Below, piece by piece: positions 14,419-23,350 of a stretch of 64,000 nucleotides of DNA (the stretch's first letter is position 1; every line of letters starts with the position of its first letter). The stretch comes from an uncultured Poribacteria bacterium (GTDB lineage: Bacteria; Poribacteria; WGA-4E; WGA-3G): positions 5,185 through 69,184 of the forward strand of contig CATOTL010000002.1 in the NCBI GenBank assembly GCA_951813545.1, written 5' to 3'. Below the pieces are notes generated by a model. That model saw only the letters and a list, made by a program, of their open reading frames with translations. It did not search any database and was not told where the DNA came from. Both the position numbers and the translations under genes were made by a program.

Positions 14419-16365
14419 TTATACCGGACGCTGGTTCGGGTCCCCGGCTATCCCTTCAGACGCAAAATCGCCACCCGTATCGCCCGCAATCTGGCGTTGG
14501 GGACCGCCACGCAACTGTTCGACTTGTCCTTCACCTTGTGCGACTTGCTGCTGCGCCGCGATCTCGGCTGCCATCAACTGTAACCGGAACTCACGCGGGA
14601 CACCCGGCATATAGTTTTCCAAGCTGCCACGCCGCGCCGCTTCCCGTAACGCCGGACGCATCGGGGGCTGCACCAACAATAAGTACTGCTCGAAATCTAT
14701 GACACCTTCGTTATACTGATTCCAAAAGTAGTTGTGCCGGGCGATCGGGTTGTGGGGCAATTCCGCACGGCTTTCGTAAATCGTTTTGAAAAAAAGATCA
14801 TGCACCGCATCACCCATCATCGGATGATACTTATCCATGTCATGAGTCAACTGGTAATACGGCTCACGCCAATCGACATATTGTTGCATCAACTCCAACT
14901 CCAACATCGAACGCCTGTGATGCCCTGCATCCAAATTCTGGATCTTGAACGTCGGTCCCGTCATCGACGCAGCTTGCTCGGATTCATATAACTTACCCGA
15001 CGACCCAGCAAACGGCTCTTTGCCCTGGATGCTCGGCGTTACACCGGCTACGTCCTCTTTCGCATGATACTCGGTATCCTTCAACAGATTATAGGCAGCC
15101 CGGTCCGCAACTTGCGGTTGGAACCAGTCCATCATTCTCCCGGAAATCGCACCTTTGCCGACACGCACGAAACCGCCCGCACCCTGTTGCCAGTCATTCG
15201 GGTTGAACGCACCGTCCTCATACAGCAATTTCGGATTCATCGACAACATCGCGGTCCCTATCAACGCATTAAATAATAAATTCACACCGCGCTGCGAGTC
15301 CTTCAACTTCCCCATCTCCGACAACGCACGTCCCATGAACGGAATCGGCATCGACTGTAGACATGAAAGCGGATATTGACCATGCTCAAACGGATTCGGT
15401 TGGTCCACAACGATTTTCTGCTCGTTTATCATCACTAATTGACGACCGAACGGATAATTCGCTTTCTTCGGGGCCCCATGATACGCATGCAATTCCGATG
15501 CATATTCGTCGAAATACCCCGTATGCACCTTGTAAACACGCCTTTCGTAACTTTGTTCTCGCAACATGTCTTTCCCGAAACGCTTGAACTCCGTCAAACT
15601 TCGAAAAAAACCACGCTCCTGAAAATCGTAAGCACGCTCATCAGACGCTTTCTCCTCGTTGACGTAATCGCGCTCCCGGATACCGTAGTTGTGGTATATT
15701 TCCGCAGCATCCATCTCATCCTCGAAGGCGATGTATTTGAAATCCTTGAAATCTGTGAGACGCGTACCACGCGGGTCCAAGTAAACCCGCGCACGCGGAT
15801 ATAACTTCGGCTCCAATATCGTACCAAAACCTTCGCGATACACCGGAATCGTCGTTTCAAACGCATAGCCGGCAATCATCACCTCTAACGTCGCTTCCGC
15901 TATACGGATCTCCTCATACCGTTTCTGGTGTTCAACTGCTTGCGCTTCTGTCAAAAACGCCGCGACATCGGAATTAAATAAACCCGGCACACGGTAATCG
16001 CCACGCGGACTCTCTATCACCGCTTCTATATCAGGATACGTCGCTAACGCCAATACCATCGGCGACATCTTCACCATAATCGGGCGTAACGCATCTATCG
16101 ACAACTGGATAATATCACGCTGCAACCGCAATCGCTCGCCACCCGATGTGTCCGGGACCCACCGATTGCCAATCTTCCTCAAGTAGTGACGACCCCAATA
16201 GTATTGCCAGTTACGATCTATCTCCGAAATCTCAGAGGCTGAAGCCTCACGTGACTCGGAAATCGCTTGACGAAACAGACGCACCGTCATATCCACATCA
16301 CGCACCCGGTCCATCGTCTGATTCTGAATTCTTTCGGGCATAATTTGTAAATTGCTTCCACGCAT
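14419..16365 (-). CDS. Portal protein candidate
   Basis: 648 aa, the largest head-module ORF. AGGAG lies 6 nt upstream of the ATG. The C-terminal tail is Q/G/A-rich. Called by size and context. Confidence 0.6.
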   Translation of the reverse strand: MRGSNLQIMPERIQNQTMDRVRDVDMTVRLFRQAISESREASASEISEIDRNWQYYWGRHYLRKIGNRWVPDTSGGERLRLQRDIIQLSIDALRPIMVKMSPMVLALATYPDIEAVIESPRGDYRVPGLFNSDVAAFLTEAQAVEHQKRYEEIRIAEATLEVMIAGYAFETTIPVYREGFGTILEPKLYPRARVYLDPRGTRLTDFKDFKYIAFEDEMDAAEIYHNYGIRERDYVNEEKASDERAYDFQERGFFRSLTEFKRFGKDMLREQSYERRVYKVHTGYFDEYASELHAYHGAPKKANYPFGRQLVMINEQKIVVDQPNPFEHGQYPLSCLQSMPIPFMGRALSEMGKLKDSQRGVNLLFNALIGTAMLSMNPKLLYEDGAFNPNDWQQGAGGFVRVGKGAISGRMMDWFQPQVADRAAYNLLKDTEYHAKEDVAGVTPSIQGKEPFAGSSGKLYESEQAASMTGPTFKIQNLDAGHHRRSMLELELMQQYVDWREPYYQLTHDMDKYHPMMGDAVHDLFFKTIYESRAELPHNPIARHNYFWNQYNEGVIDFEQYLLLVQPPMRPALREAARRGSLENYMPGVPREFRLQLMAAEIAAQQQVAQGEGQVEQLRGGPQRQIAGDTGGDFASEGIAGDPNQRPV

Positions 16366-16374
16366 TGGACACTC

Positions 16375-16581
16375 CTATAGGTATTCCGTAGCTACTTCCG
16401 AGATATTTGGGTTACCTTCAATCAACCTTACCAACAATTCCTTCGTGCTATGGGTGATATTATACACTGGGAAAGAATGAGATGTCGGCATTCCGTTCTC
16501 GTCCTTCTCGGTAATCGAAAAGCGATAATCCGTCTTGGCTGTTAGGCGTGTTCCACACGACCAAACTGCTATTGTATTCAC
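16375..16581 (-). CDS. Hypothetical protein
   Basis: The GTG at 16581 has GGAGG 8 nt upstream (track start is 16617). Confidence 0.5.
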   Translation of the reverse strand: MNTIAVWSCGTRLTAKTDYRFSITEKDENGMPTSHSFPVYNITHSTKELLVRLIEGNPNISEVATEYL

Positions 16582-16582
16582 G

Positions 16583-16777
16583 TTAATCACCTCCCTCTGC
16601 TTCCACGCGTTTGACACTCATATCGCTTATGAGAATGTTTCGCAAGTTTCCGGTATTTTTTTTACACCGGTTACATATTGGGTATAGAATACCGTGTTTC
16701 AGAAACTGTTCATCCGTCTCTTTTGAAACCTTATACTCTTTCTGGCAATTGCCACATTGCCAATATATCCAAGACAT
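16583..16777 (-). CDS. Small zinc-ribbon protein
   Basis: CGNC...CNRC motif, AAGGAGG upstream. First gene of the leftward block. Confidence 0.5.
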   Translation of the reverse strand: MSWIYWQCGNCQKEYKVSKETDEQFLKHGILYPICNRCKKNTGNLRNILISDMSVKRVEAEGGD

Positions 16778-16798
16778 TCAATCACCTCCTTTGTAGAA

Positions 16799-16827
16799 AG
16801 TATAGCAACTTAAAAAAAAAATTGCAA
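16799..16827 (-). promoter_or_regulatory. sigma70-type promoter TTGCAA-17nt-TATACT
   Basis: Read on the reverse complement. Divergent from the 17351 promoter. Confidence 0.55.
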
Positions 16828-17267
16828 ATTCTATGTGTACACCTACTTATGGGGCCCTTGAAAATGTTAAAGGGGACCCAAATTGGGGGTGCGATTTTCA
16901 GGCGGTGGGTTGAGGCGTGATAAGGTGGTGGTGTGTAGTGATGGCGTGGCATTTCTCACGCGTCAAGCTGTGGTAAGTGGTGCGAACTTAACATAATAGG
17001 TAAAACGTTAAGTTGGGATTGTGGCAACATGGCAAGCATCAAACGCTTTTGGGCAAAATACTTGCGTCAAGGGTATCACGAGGGGTAAACCACAGGGTTA
17101 TCACTTCAAACGTGTTTTAGGGGCAATTCTGAACGTTTTACGAAAGGCGGGCTTCAGTGTGCAGGGTAAATCTATCCTACTCGGTTTTGCTCATATTTTA
17201 CCAGTTCAGTGACGTATGGCGTAGGTTTCAAGCGTGCTTTTTGCTGCTCTCTGTCACGGTTTCACGT

Positions 17268-17300
17268 CTTTTTTGGTGTTTTTTTGGTGCTTTTTTGGTG
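17268..17300 (+). repeat. 11-bp tandem repeat x3 (YTTTTTTGGTG), phased T-tracts
   Basis: Read directly. Further T5-6 tracts occur at 17324, 17335 and 17343, immediately upstream of the -35 box. Confidence 0.85.
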
Positions 17301-17350
17301 CTACTCGTTGTGGTGCTTGTGGGTTTTTGTAAGGTTTTTGCGTTTTTTCC

Positions 17351-17379
17351 TTGACTTTTTCTGTGTTTTGTGTTATCAT
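17351..17379 (+). promoter_or_regulatory. Early promoter TTGACT-17nt-TATCAT
   Basis: Read directly. The first rightward gene starts at 17435. Confidence 0.6.
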
Positions 17380-17434
17380 ACTATCACAATCAAAATCATA
17401 GTCGTTGTATATCAATGACTTTCGGAGGTTTAGC

Positions 17435-17635
17435 ATGGATGACTTAATTCACGTGGTAAGGGTGGAAGATAGGTATTACACGAAGCAAGGCTTTAATCGG
17501 ATACGTGGGCGTGTTGCCGAATTACCTCTAACAATCGATTACTTCAACGAAGTAGCAAACTCGGATAATCCGAAGATCTATGAAACGCACGGCGTTATCA
17601 TTGATGACACGGATAAAACTAACTCGGAGGTTTAG
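17435..17635 (+). CDS. Early hypothetical protein
   Basis: The ATG at 17435 is preceded by GGAGG (track start is 17405). Confidence 0.55.
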   Translation: MDDLIHVVRVEDRYYTKQGFNRIRGRVAELPLTIDYFNEVANSDNPKIYETHGVIIDDTDKTNSEV

Positions 17636-17790
17636 ACATGGAAAGGGTTTATAGTGGATTTTGGCAGGTATTAGAAGGTTACAAGGGCTGGAGTTTCGAC
17701 AGAACACTTGACTTTTATTGTATTGTTGGTTGAAGGGTTAGCAATCGGCACGCGTCTTATGGCGCGTGCTTTCACGGAGGTTTTATCATA

Positions 17791-18333
17791 ATGATAACTA
17801 TATTTGAGAACTTTCAATTCCATGTCTACTTTGACAGAGAAAAACACACAATCAGATATTGCGTGGGTGATAAGTCTCTATCACTGACTTGTGTTAATAT
17901 AGACATTCATGAACAGGTTGTTGATGAAGACGATGTTGGCACACTTGCAATTATAGCTGATTATCATGATAATCTTCAGTTCTGCTTTGACAAAGCAGAT
18001 GATTATGATGAATTTAAGCAAATGCTGCGTGAAGACGTAGTTGCGAAAGCTACTGAACTCTTTGATTTCTCTTTCAAAATGAAAGAGAGTCACGAGAGTG
18101 AAGCAGCGTACTATAAGAGATTATACGAAGCATGCTTTGATTCGGTGTCGTGTCTCGATATTGTCAAACAAGTTGCTAAATTCTCTCATGACTTATCAGA
18201 TAAACATGTAAGCGTTTACATGTTTGATGATGAAAGTATCTATGAATGCTCAGATTGTTCTGATTTCTTTTATAATAGCATAGAAGCATATCATAAAGAT
18301 TTAGAACAACGAAAAGAAGATGCATTTAACTAA
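17791..18333 (+). CDS. Early hypothetical acidic protein
   Basis: 180-aa ORF with GGAGG upstream. Confidence 0.6.
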   Translation: MITIFENFQFHVYFDREKHTIRYCVGDKSLSLTCVNIDIHEQVVDEDDVGTLAIIADYHDNLQFCFDKADDYDEFKQMLREDVVAKATELFDFSFKMKESHESEAAYYKRLYEACFDSVSCLDIVKQVAKFSHDLSDKHVSVYMFDDESIYECSDCSDFFYNSIEAYHKDLEQRKEDAFN

Positions 18334-18340
18334 CCAATGC

Positions 18341-18440
18341 GGGGCGCGTCCTTCGGGGTGCGTCAAATCCTGCAAGGTGCTTGGTGCTGGGGGTGCAGGG
18401 TAAGACTTGAGGGTATCAAGTCAGGCATCAAGCAAAACTT
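18341..18440 (+). ncRNA. Conserved three-hairpin RNA element, copy A
   Basis: Aligns with 22127-22240. Stems CCTGCA/TGCAGG and GACTTGA/TCAAGTC are replaced there by CCCACA/TGTGGG and TCCCTAA/TTAGGGG. Confidence 0.5.
18343..18364 (+). promoter_or_regulatory. GGCGCG-stem intercistronic hairpin
   Basis: GGCGCGTCC ttcg GGGTGCGTC (G-U pairs, plus-strand specific). Confidence 0.55.
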
Positions 18441-18457
18441 ACGGAGGTTTTACGATA

Positions 18458-18796
18458 ATGAGAAATGAAACGTTAGAACACTTGCAAAACAGTGTTAATG
18501 CAGTAGTACAAGAACCTGCAGGGTATTTTTGCTACGAAGATGAATATGAGTCGGATGATGGCGATGTCCTTTTTGGATCCGTGCTTGATATTGAGTACAT
18601 AATCGGATCGGATGGCGGATTTATCGGCGTGACGGTTTGCGTTGGAACGGGCGGCCCCCATCTTGAACTATCTACGAAAGAAAATCAAGTTATCGGTTAT
18701 TGGTCCGGTTGTGAACCGGTCCGAAAGTATTATCCGAATTCTCAAGAGGTTGCAGAGTTTTGGCAAGAGATGTACGAAAGCTTGCGAACCTACTAA
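18458..18796 (+). CDS. Early hypothetical protein
   Basis: The ATG at 18458 has GGAGG upstream (track start is 18407). Confidence 0.6.
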   Translation: MRNETLEHLQNSVNAVVQEPAGYFCYEDEYESDDGDVLFGSVLDIEYIIGSDGGFIGVTVCVGTGGPHLELSTKENQVIGYWSGCEPVRKYYPNSQEVAEFWQEMYESLRTY

Positions 18797-18803
18797 CCTA
18801 ACC

Positions 18804-18830
18804 GGCGCGTCTCCATCTCGGAGGCGTGCC
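18804..18830 (+). promoter_or_regulatory. GGCGCG-stem intercistronic hairpin
   Basis: GGCGCGTCTCC atct CGGAGGCGTGCC. Confidence 0.55.
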
Positions 18831-18851
18831 TAACTAATGGAGGTTTACCCA

Positions 18852-19067
18852 GTGGACGAACACACGAGAGAATTAGCAGAGCAAGCGATTGCTCTGCACA
18901 TGTACGGACACGGATTTTTTAGATGGGATATTAAGCGGGCAATTCTTCAGATCGTCAACGAACAGGACATGCCGGATCTCGTTTCTGTCGGTCAAGTTTC
19001 CGACTATCGGGAGGCTTTGATTGATGAAGTCACGGCAGAAGTTGAAGCACTACAAGGAGATGAATAG
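18852..19067 (+). CDS. Early hypothetical protein
   Basis: The GTG at 18852 has GGAGG 8 nt upstream (track ATG is 18837). Confidence 0.55.
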   Translation: MDEHTRELAEQAIALHMYGHGFFRWDIKRAILQIVNEQDMPDLVSVGQVSDYREALIDEVTAEVEALQGDE

Positions 19068-19175
19068 ATGAGCGGCAATACGGCTTTTATATGTCTCGGT
19101 TACATGTCAAAATCAGATATTGAGGAATTACCGAATTATAATCCTGATTATGATGTGTCTGATTATAGATATTAA
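19068..19175 (+). CDS. Small early protein (35 aa), not in the ORF track
   Basis: AAGGAG lies 8 nt upstream. The ATG directly follows the previous stop. Confidence 0.4.
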   Translation: MSGNTAFICLGYMSKSDIEELPNYNPDYDVSDYRY

Positions 19176-19200
19176 CGGATACATGAAAGCATAACCACAA

Positions 19201-19222
19201 GGCGCGTCCAGTCGGGCGCGTC
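19201..19222 (+). promoter_or_regulatory. GGCGCG-stem intercistronic hairpin
   Basis: GGCGCGTCC agtc GGGCGCGTC. Confidence 0.55.
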
Positions 19223-19355
19223 GGGGCGGGGGCGTGGTAATTCAGATGGCGGACCGCCTAACAAAGCACCGTCACAACAGTCGGACGCACCGACACAAAC
19301 GATTGAAACTGTGAAAGATGTCGGAGTATACGTAACGCTAAACGGAGGCGAACAG

Positions 19356-19514
19356 ATGAGCAAACGCTTTACAAGACTGCATGAAATAATGGAATATGCA
19401 CGCAAATTGCCGTGGTCCACCAAACATCTCGGCGTGGCGTTGGAAGGCATAGACGAGGACACACACGTTAACGTACCTTCTCCTGATGATGACGGAGAAG
19501 GGGGGCGGAAGTAA
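19356..19514 (+). CDS. Early hypothetical protein
   Basis: The ATG at 19356 has GGAGG 7 nt upstream (track start is 19311). Confidence 0.5.
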   Translation: MSKRFTRLHEIMEYARKLPWSTKHLGVALEGIDEDTHVNVPSPDDDGEGGRK

Positions 19515-19594
19515 AGACTTAACATAACCGACTTGGCAACCGTCTAACAAAGTCACCAAGTCTCAACACGAAGGTACAACCGCGGTACAACTGC

Positions 19595-19620
19595 TGACGC
19601 TTGATAAAGTCAAAGCGTCA
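19595..19620 (+). promoter_or_regulatory. Intercistronic hairpin (GACGC stem)
   Basis: TGACGCTT ... AAGCGTCA. Confidence 0.45.
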
Positions 19621-19634
19621 CTGGAGGCGACTAC

Positions 19635-19838
19635 GTGAACACGATAGGAAACGACCAGGATCGCATTATTCCGACTCGTAGACTCAAAACATCGCTAAAG
19701 AAAGACGGACAAATTTTTGAGTTTTATTTTGTGACGGAAGTCGGGCGTGACGTTATCATCGGTCACGAAGATAGCACAGGCAATGATATTTATGAAAAAG
19801 TCCGTGCATTAGAAGCGGACGGCTGGACATACCGATAA
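19635..19838 (+). CDS. Early hypothetical protein
   Basis: GTG start with GGAGG 7 nt upstream. Confidence 0.55.
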   Translation: MNTIGNDQDRIIPTRRLKTSLKKDGQIFEFYFVTEVGRDVIIGHEDSTGNDIYEKVRALEADGWTYR

Positions 19839-19992
19839 AGGAGGCGACTAATTGAATTCACCACCGACCACATCAGCATTGATTTGTTGGACCCCGTCAA
19901 CTGGGCAACTATCAAATCAATGAAATTGGATATTGACGGCTAATACACCGCGACGCATGGAGGCGGCGCGTCTACCACTGGAGACTTACACA

Positions 19993-20115
19993 ATGTTAAT
20001 CATTTTTGTGTGTTTATGTGTCGTGACGGTATTCTATACTGTCGATGAGATAGGGAAAGTAATCGGACGGCGCAGAATGAAAAGGCGAGTCAACCAAGTT
20101 TTTAGGAGGTTTTAA
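19993..20115 (+). CDS. Small single-pass membrane protein (40 aa)
   Basis: MLIIFVCLCVVTVFYTV followed by a basic tail. Start preferred over the track start 19933. Confidence 0.45.
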   Translation: MLIIFVCLCVVTVFYTVDEIGKVIGRRRMKRRVNQVFRRF

Positions 20116-20116
20116 C

Positions 20117-20701
20117 ATGGCAAGGTTAGGATGGGGAAAAAAAGCAATAACCGAGGGATGCATCAATGACTGGTATAAGGACCGTCCTATCGGTACTATG
20201 GCGAGAGATATGCGAGACAATCATCGCTTACTGGCACAGGAGTACGGCGGCGGTAAGTATAAGGATTCAATCCTTGTATACGACCGGTGCAAGTTTATGA
20301 AAATACTCAACTTGCCGGAACCGGACGTTAAGGCGGACCCCGCGCAAACGTACATTGAATTAGCTGTAGCCGTGAAATATTATCAAGGCGTGGCGAAATA
20401 TAAGGAACTCACAACCGAACGCGTCGGCGAGCCTTTTCCGGTTTGTTGGAGTTGCTACGAACCTATGCAGGTGATTTTAGCGGACAGACAACCCACGCTT
20501 GAAATGCTACTGCACGGCGATGAAGAAGTAGACGCGCCATGTGAGATATGCGGGGCGGACTATTTGAAGCATCGCGACGTGGTGATTGTCCACGTGGCTG
20601 AAGAACCAGAGATAGACGACACTGTGAGGGCAGACCAACTCAAGTCGTTTGATTGTGATGCACAATATCCTGACTCTGAACGTAGTTATGACACGGAATA
20701 A
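20117..20701 (+). CDS. Early hypothetical protein with a zinc-ribbon-like CxxC...CxxC
   Basis: 194 aa, AGGAGG upstream. Confidence 0.6.
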   Translation: MARLGWGKKAITEGCINDWYKDRPIGTMARDMRDNHRLLAQEYGGGKYKDSILVYDRCKFMKILNLPEPDVKADPAQTYIELAVAVKYYQGVAKYKELTTERVGEPFPVCWSCYEPMQVILADRQPTLEMLLHGDEEVDAPCEICGADYLKHRDVVIVHVAEEPEIDDTVRADQLKSFDCDAQYPDSERSYDTE

Positions 20702-20710
20702 CGAGGTTGG

Positions 20711-20730
20711 GGCGCGGCACCGTCCGCGTC
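20711..20730 (+). promoter_or_regulatory. GGCGCG-stem intercistronic hairpin
   Basis: GGCGCGG caccgt CCGCGTC. Confidence 0.5.
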
Positions 20731-20755
20731 CACAACTTACAATGGAGATTTACAG

Positions 20756-20935
20756 ATGAAATTGATGATTGAGATTTCAGATGACACGCTGCCCCCCCAC
20801 ACGGAAAGCCTGCTTGTTGAGAAAATCCGAGTGGCGATCGAGGATTTTGGGATTGACTGGGATGATGTGGCGTTTACAGATGGCGAAGATTCGGATCAAA
20901 TTGGGTTTGTCGATGTTTACGTCATATATTTTTGA
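20756..20935 (+). CDS. Small acidic early protein (59 aa), not in the ORF track
   Basis: GGAG lies 8 nt upstream. Preferred over the overlapping track ORF 20769..21023. Confidence 0.5.
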   Translation: MKLMIEISDDTLPPHTESLLVEKIRVAIEDFGIDWDDVAFTDGEDSDQIGFVDVYVIYF

Positions 20936-21075
20936 TGTGATGTGGACACACGACTCGGAAGTAAAAAACCTATTGGAACATGAGGCAAAGGTTTTATTCC
21001 TTGCGGCGAGTGATATTTTTTAAACCGCCACTACTACCACGAATCGTAACTGATACACGACAGGAGGATACCCTG

Positions 21076-21414
21076 ATGGGACTCACAGCACATTTTTATC
21101 GAACACGAGGCAAGGGAATATGCACACCGTTATCGGAGAAAAACGATATTCAACTTGCCTATTTCCGCAATAATCACGGGCTTCACCGTATCCTTGATAT
21201 GGATATCTGTTTACTCGATTTAGAGACGTTAGAATATATCAAAAGCAAAGCAAAAGAATCCCAAGAGCTTGTTGACGAAGGCTATTATCATGGCAGCGAC
21301 TTTGAGAATGTCAACAAAGATTGGGGCGAAGGAGATAGCGTACTCAGCGTCATTGACAAGGCTATCGAAGCCGTCAATGACGGTTATTTTGTTTATTACA
21401 CCGCCAGTTACTAA
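21076..21414 (+). CDS. Early hypothetical protein
   Basis: The ATG at 21076 has AGGAGG upstream (track start is 20980). Confidence 0.6.
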   Translation: MGLTAHFYRTRGKGICTPLSEKNDIQLAYFRNNHGLHRILDMDICLLDLETLEYIKSKAKESQELVDEGYYHGSDFENVNKDWGEGDSVLSVIDKAIEAVNDGYFVYYTASY

Positions 21415-21425
21415 CTGGCGGAGGC

Positions 21426-21442
21426 GGGGCGCGTCAAGCCCC
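21426..21442 (+). promoter_or_regulatory. GC-rich intercistronic hairpin
   Basis: GGGGC gcgtcaa GCCCC. Confidence 0.45.
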
Positions 21443-21457
21443 TAACGGAGGTATCTG

Positions 21458-21682
21458 ATGAAAGAAAAATTGCGTACATACGAAAACTTTTTGACAGAGA
21501 ACAGCAGAATTGAATTTAACAATGGCTTTGTTTTGAACAAAATAGAGCAAGTTTCTGAAAATGCATCTCTAAATGATCCTGATGTCAAAGCGATCTTCGC
21601 ATTATTCAGAAATATAATTCTGCAACATGCGAAACCTCAGCGAGCCAAGTTCTTTGCCAAGATGAAAGAAATCTTTGCTTAG
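21458..21682 (+). CDS. Early hypothetical protein
   Basis: 74 aa, GGAGG upstream. Confidence 0.6.
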   Translation: MKEKLRTYENFLTENSRIEFNNGFVLNKIEQVSENASLNDPDVKAIFALFRNIILQHAKPQRAKFFAKMKEIFA

Positions 21683-21705
21683 AACGCTATGCTATAAAAA
21701 AGTAA

Positions 21706-21762
21706 CTCCAACCGTCTGCGGGGAGCGCATCCCCGCATCTTCTAATCGCACCAGTTTGGAAT
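21706..21762 (+). repeat. ~55-nt intergenic repeat with GCGGGGA/TCCCCGC hairpin, copy A
   Basis: CTCCAACCGTCTGCGGGGAGCGCATCCCCGCATCTTCTAATCGCACCAGTTTGGAAT. Compare with 23351-23403. Confidence 0.7.
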
Positions 21763-21785
21763 CACAATAAAAGGAGGTGAGAAAC

Positions 21786-22055
21786 TTGACAGGTAAAGCT
21801 TTGAAAGATGCTATTGAATTGCGCACTCAATTGAGCTCGCTCAAGATGCATTTTTGGAGGCGCGGATGTCGCTTTGCTGAGTTACAACAGCAAGCGCGGA
21901 CGGTTCTGCATAAGGCTATTTTGGATGGAAATCCGACAGCTGAAATGCAGAATCGAGTTGACAGGCTCGATTATCTGAGGATAAGAGCCTATCAGCTGCA
22001 TCGAGTTTATGCTACAAAGCAAAGCGCGGTGCATGCAGACATCTGCGCAGCATGA
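21786..22055 (+). CDS. Early hypothetical protein
   Basis: The TTG at 21786 has AAGGAGG 8 nt upstream (track start is 21777). Confidence 0.5.
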   Translation: MTGKALKDAIELRTQLSSLKMHFWRRGCRFAELQQQARTVLHKAILDGNPTAEMQNRVDRLDYLRIRAYQLHRVYATKQSAVHADICAA

Positions 22056-22126
22056 GTAAGCCTCCGCGCTTTACTGGTTGAGCGTGTGAACAGAATCAAT
22101 CAGCTCTTGAAGCTGTAAAACGCTTA

Positions 22127-22240
22127 GGGCGCGTCCAAGAGGCGTGCCAAATCCCACAACATGCAAGCGAGTGCATGACTTGGTGCTGGAGGTGTGGGGT
22201 AAGTCCCTAAAGGTTAGGGGCAGGCATCAGGTAAAACTAC
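22127..22240 (+). ncRNA. Conserved three-hairpin RNA element, copy B
   Basis: See copy A. It carries an extra inserted hairpin ATGCA agcgag TGCAT. Confidence 0.5.
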
Positions 22241-22276
22241 AATGAGGCGGGAGTCGGTGACGGCTTTCGTAGATTA

Positions 22277-22540
22277 ATGGAAACGGATGCAATCCGTTCC
22301 GTCCGGTGCGGAAATACCACAATCAACCTGACGCATTACGAGACGATACGCTCGGTCAAAAGCACATCACGCGCAGACGGCAAAGACGTGTATCTCGTGT
22401 GCATCCAATTCGTTAGCGGGAAGGTGCTGGAGTTGGAACACAACACGCCCGAAAATGCCGACGCGACGCGGGTGTTCATTGAGGCGGCGATTGGACCCGT
22501 CCCAGTGATGCCACTCATAGAAAAGGAGGCGGACAAGTGA
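22277..22540 (+). CDS. Early hypothetical protein
   Basis: 87-aa ORF. Confidence 0.5.
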   Translation: METDAIRSVRCGNTTINLTHYETIRSVKSTSRADGKDVYLVCIQFVSGKVLELEHNTPENADATRVFIEAAIGPVPVMPLIEKEADK

Positions 22541-23019
22541 GCCAATCAATCATGCGCAAGGAAATTATAGCACGCATCGAAAATTCAAGCCTGAAAGGGC
22601 TTATCCCGCATGACTTTCAAATAGACGATGCGGAGCAGATTACTTTTATCCCGCGCCAACCATTTTGGAGTAAATGGCGCGGTGGCTGGCAGAACTGGAT
22701 GACCTCTGTCGGTTGCTCGGTCTACCCAATAAATCATCTCTCACCGCTCTCCCAGCAAACACGACAGAAAAAGGACTGGCGATGCACACTCACGCTCGCT
22801 ATGCTGGATGAAGGGACCGGCGCAACGCTGGTCAGGCTCGGGTTCTGGAGTGTGAAGCAATCTACGGTCGCCAAGACTGTAGAGGAAATCCAGCGGCAAT
22901 TGGGCAATCTCAAATGCCGCAATCGTGATGCTGAGTTCAAAAAGGAGCTGTGGGAATCAGGTCTCACAGAATCGGAATGGATATGCGAGACGGCTGAAAA
23001 GCTACACAACAAGTATTAA
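22537..23019 (+). CDS. Early hypothetical protein
   Basis: GTG start with AAGGAGG 7 nt upstream. Overlaps the previous stop by 4 nt. Confidence 0.6.
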   Translation: MSQSIMRKEIIARIENSSLKGLIPHDFQIDDAEQITFIPRQPFWSKWRGGWQNWMTSVGCSVYPINHLSPLSQQTRQKKDWRCTLTLAMLDEGTGATLVRLGFWSVKQSTVAKTVEEIQRQLGNLKCRNRDAEFKKELWESGLTESEWICETAEKLHNKY

Positions 23020-23075
23020 CTCACAACCGCTCGCGGGAGCGTTTAATCCCGCAGCAACCCTAAAGGATATTTTAA

Positions 23076-23348
23076 ATGGCAGTCTATTATGCAGTCATGA
23101 AATATTGGTCCTCCCCTCCAAAAGAGATTGTAATCCTCGCGTTTCCAGACGAGGAAACGATGGAAGAAGCTATCACAATTTGGCACGAGGAAAGAGAAAG
23201 TCGAGCGGCAAATGCAAACCTCGACCACCGGATCGAGATGTTCCAGAGCAGCTTTGCAGCTTGCACAGCTCCGCCGCCAATTTATGCGCGTCCCGCGGTA
23301 GGCGAGCAGCGGAGGTTAAAACACAGAGATGAGCATTTAGTATCTTGA
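23076..23348 (+). CDS. Early hypothetical protein
   Basis: 90-aa ORF with AAGGA upstream. Confidence 0.5.
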   Translation: MAVYYAVMKYWSSPPKEIVILAFPDEETMEEAITIWHEERESRAANANLDHRIEMFQSSFAACTAPPPIYARPAVGEQRRLKHRDEHLVS

Positions 23349-23350
23349 AA

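Noticed and set aside
20769-21023. Track ORF 20769..21023 (84 aa).
   Set aside because: Its first half overlaps a better-supported 59-aa ORF (20756..20935, with an RBS) in another frame, and its translation is R/C/W-rich. The short 3' part (from ATG 20939 or 20944) could still be a tiny gene but is unsupported.
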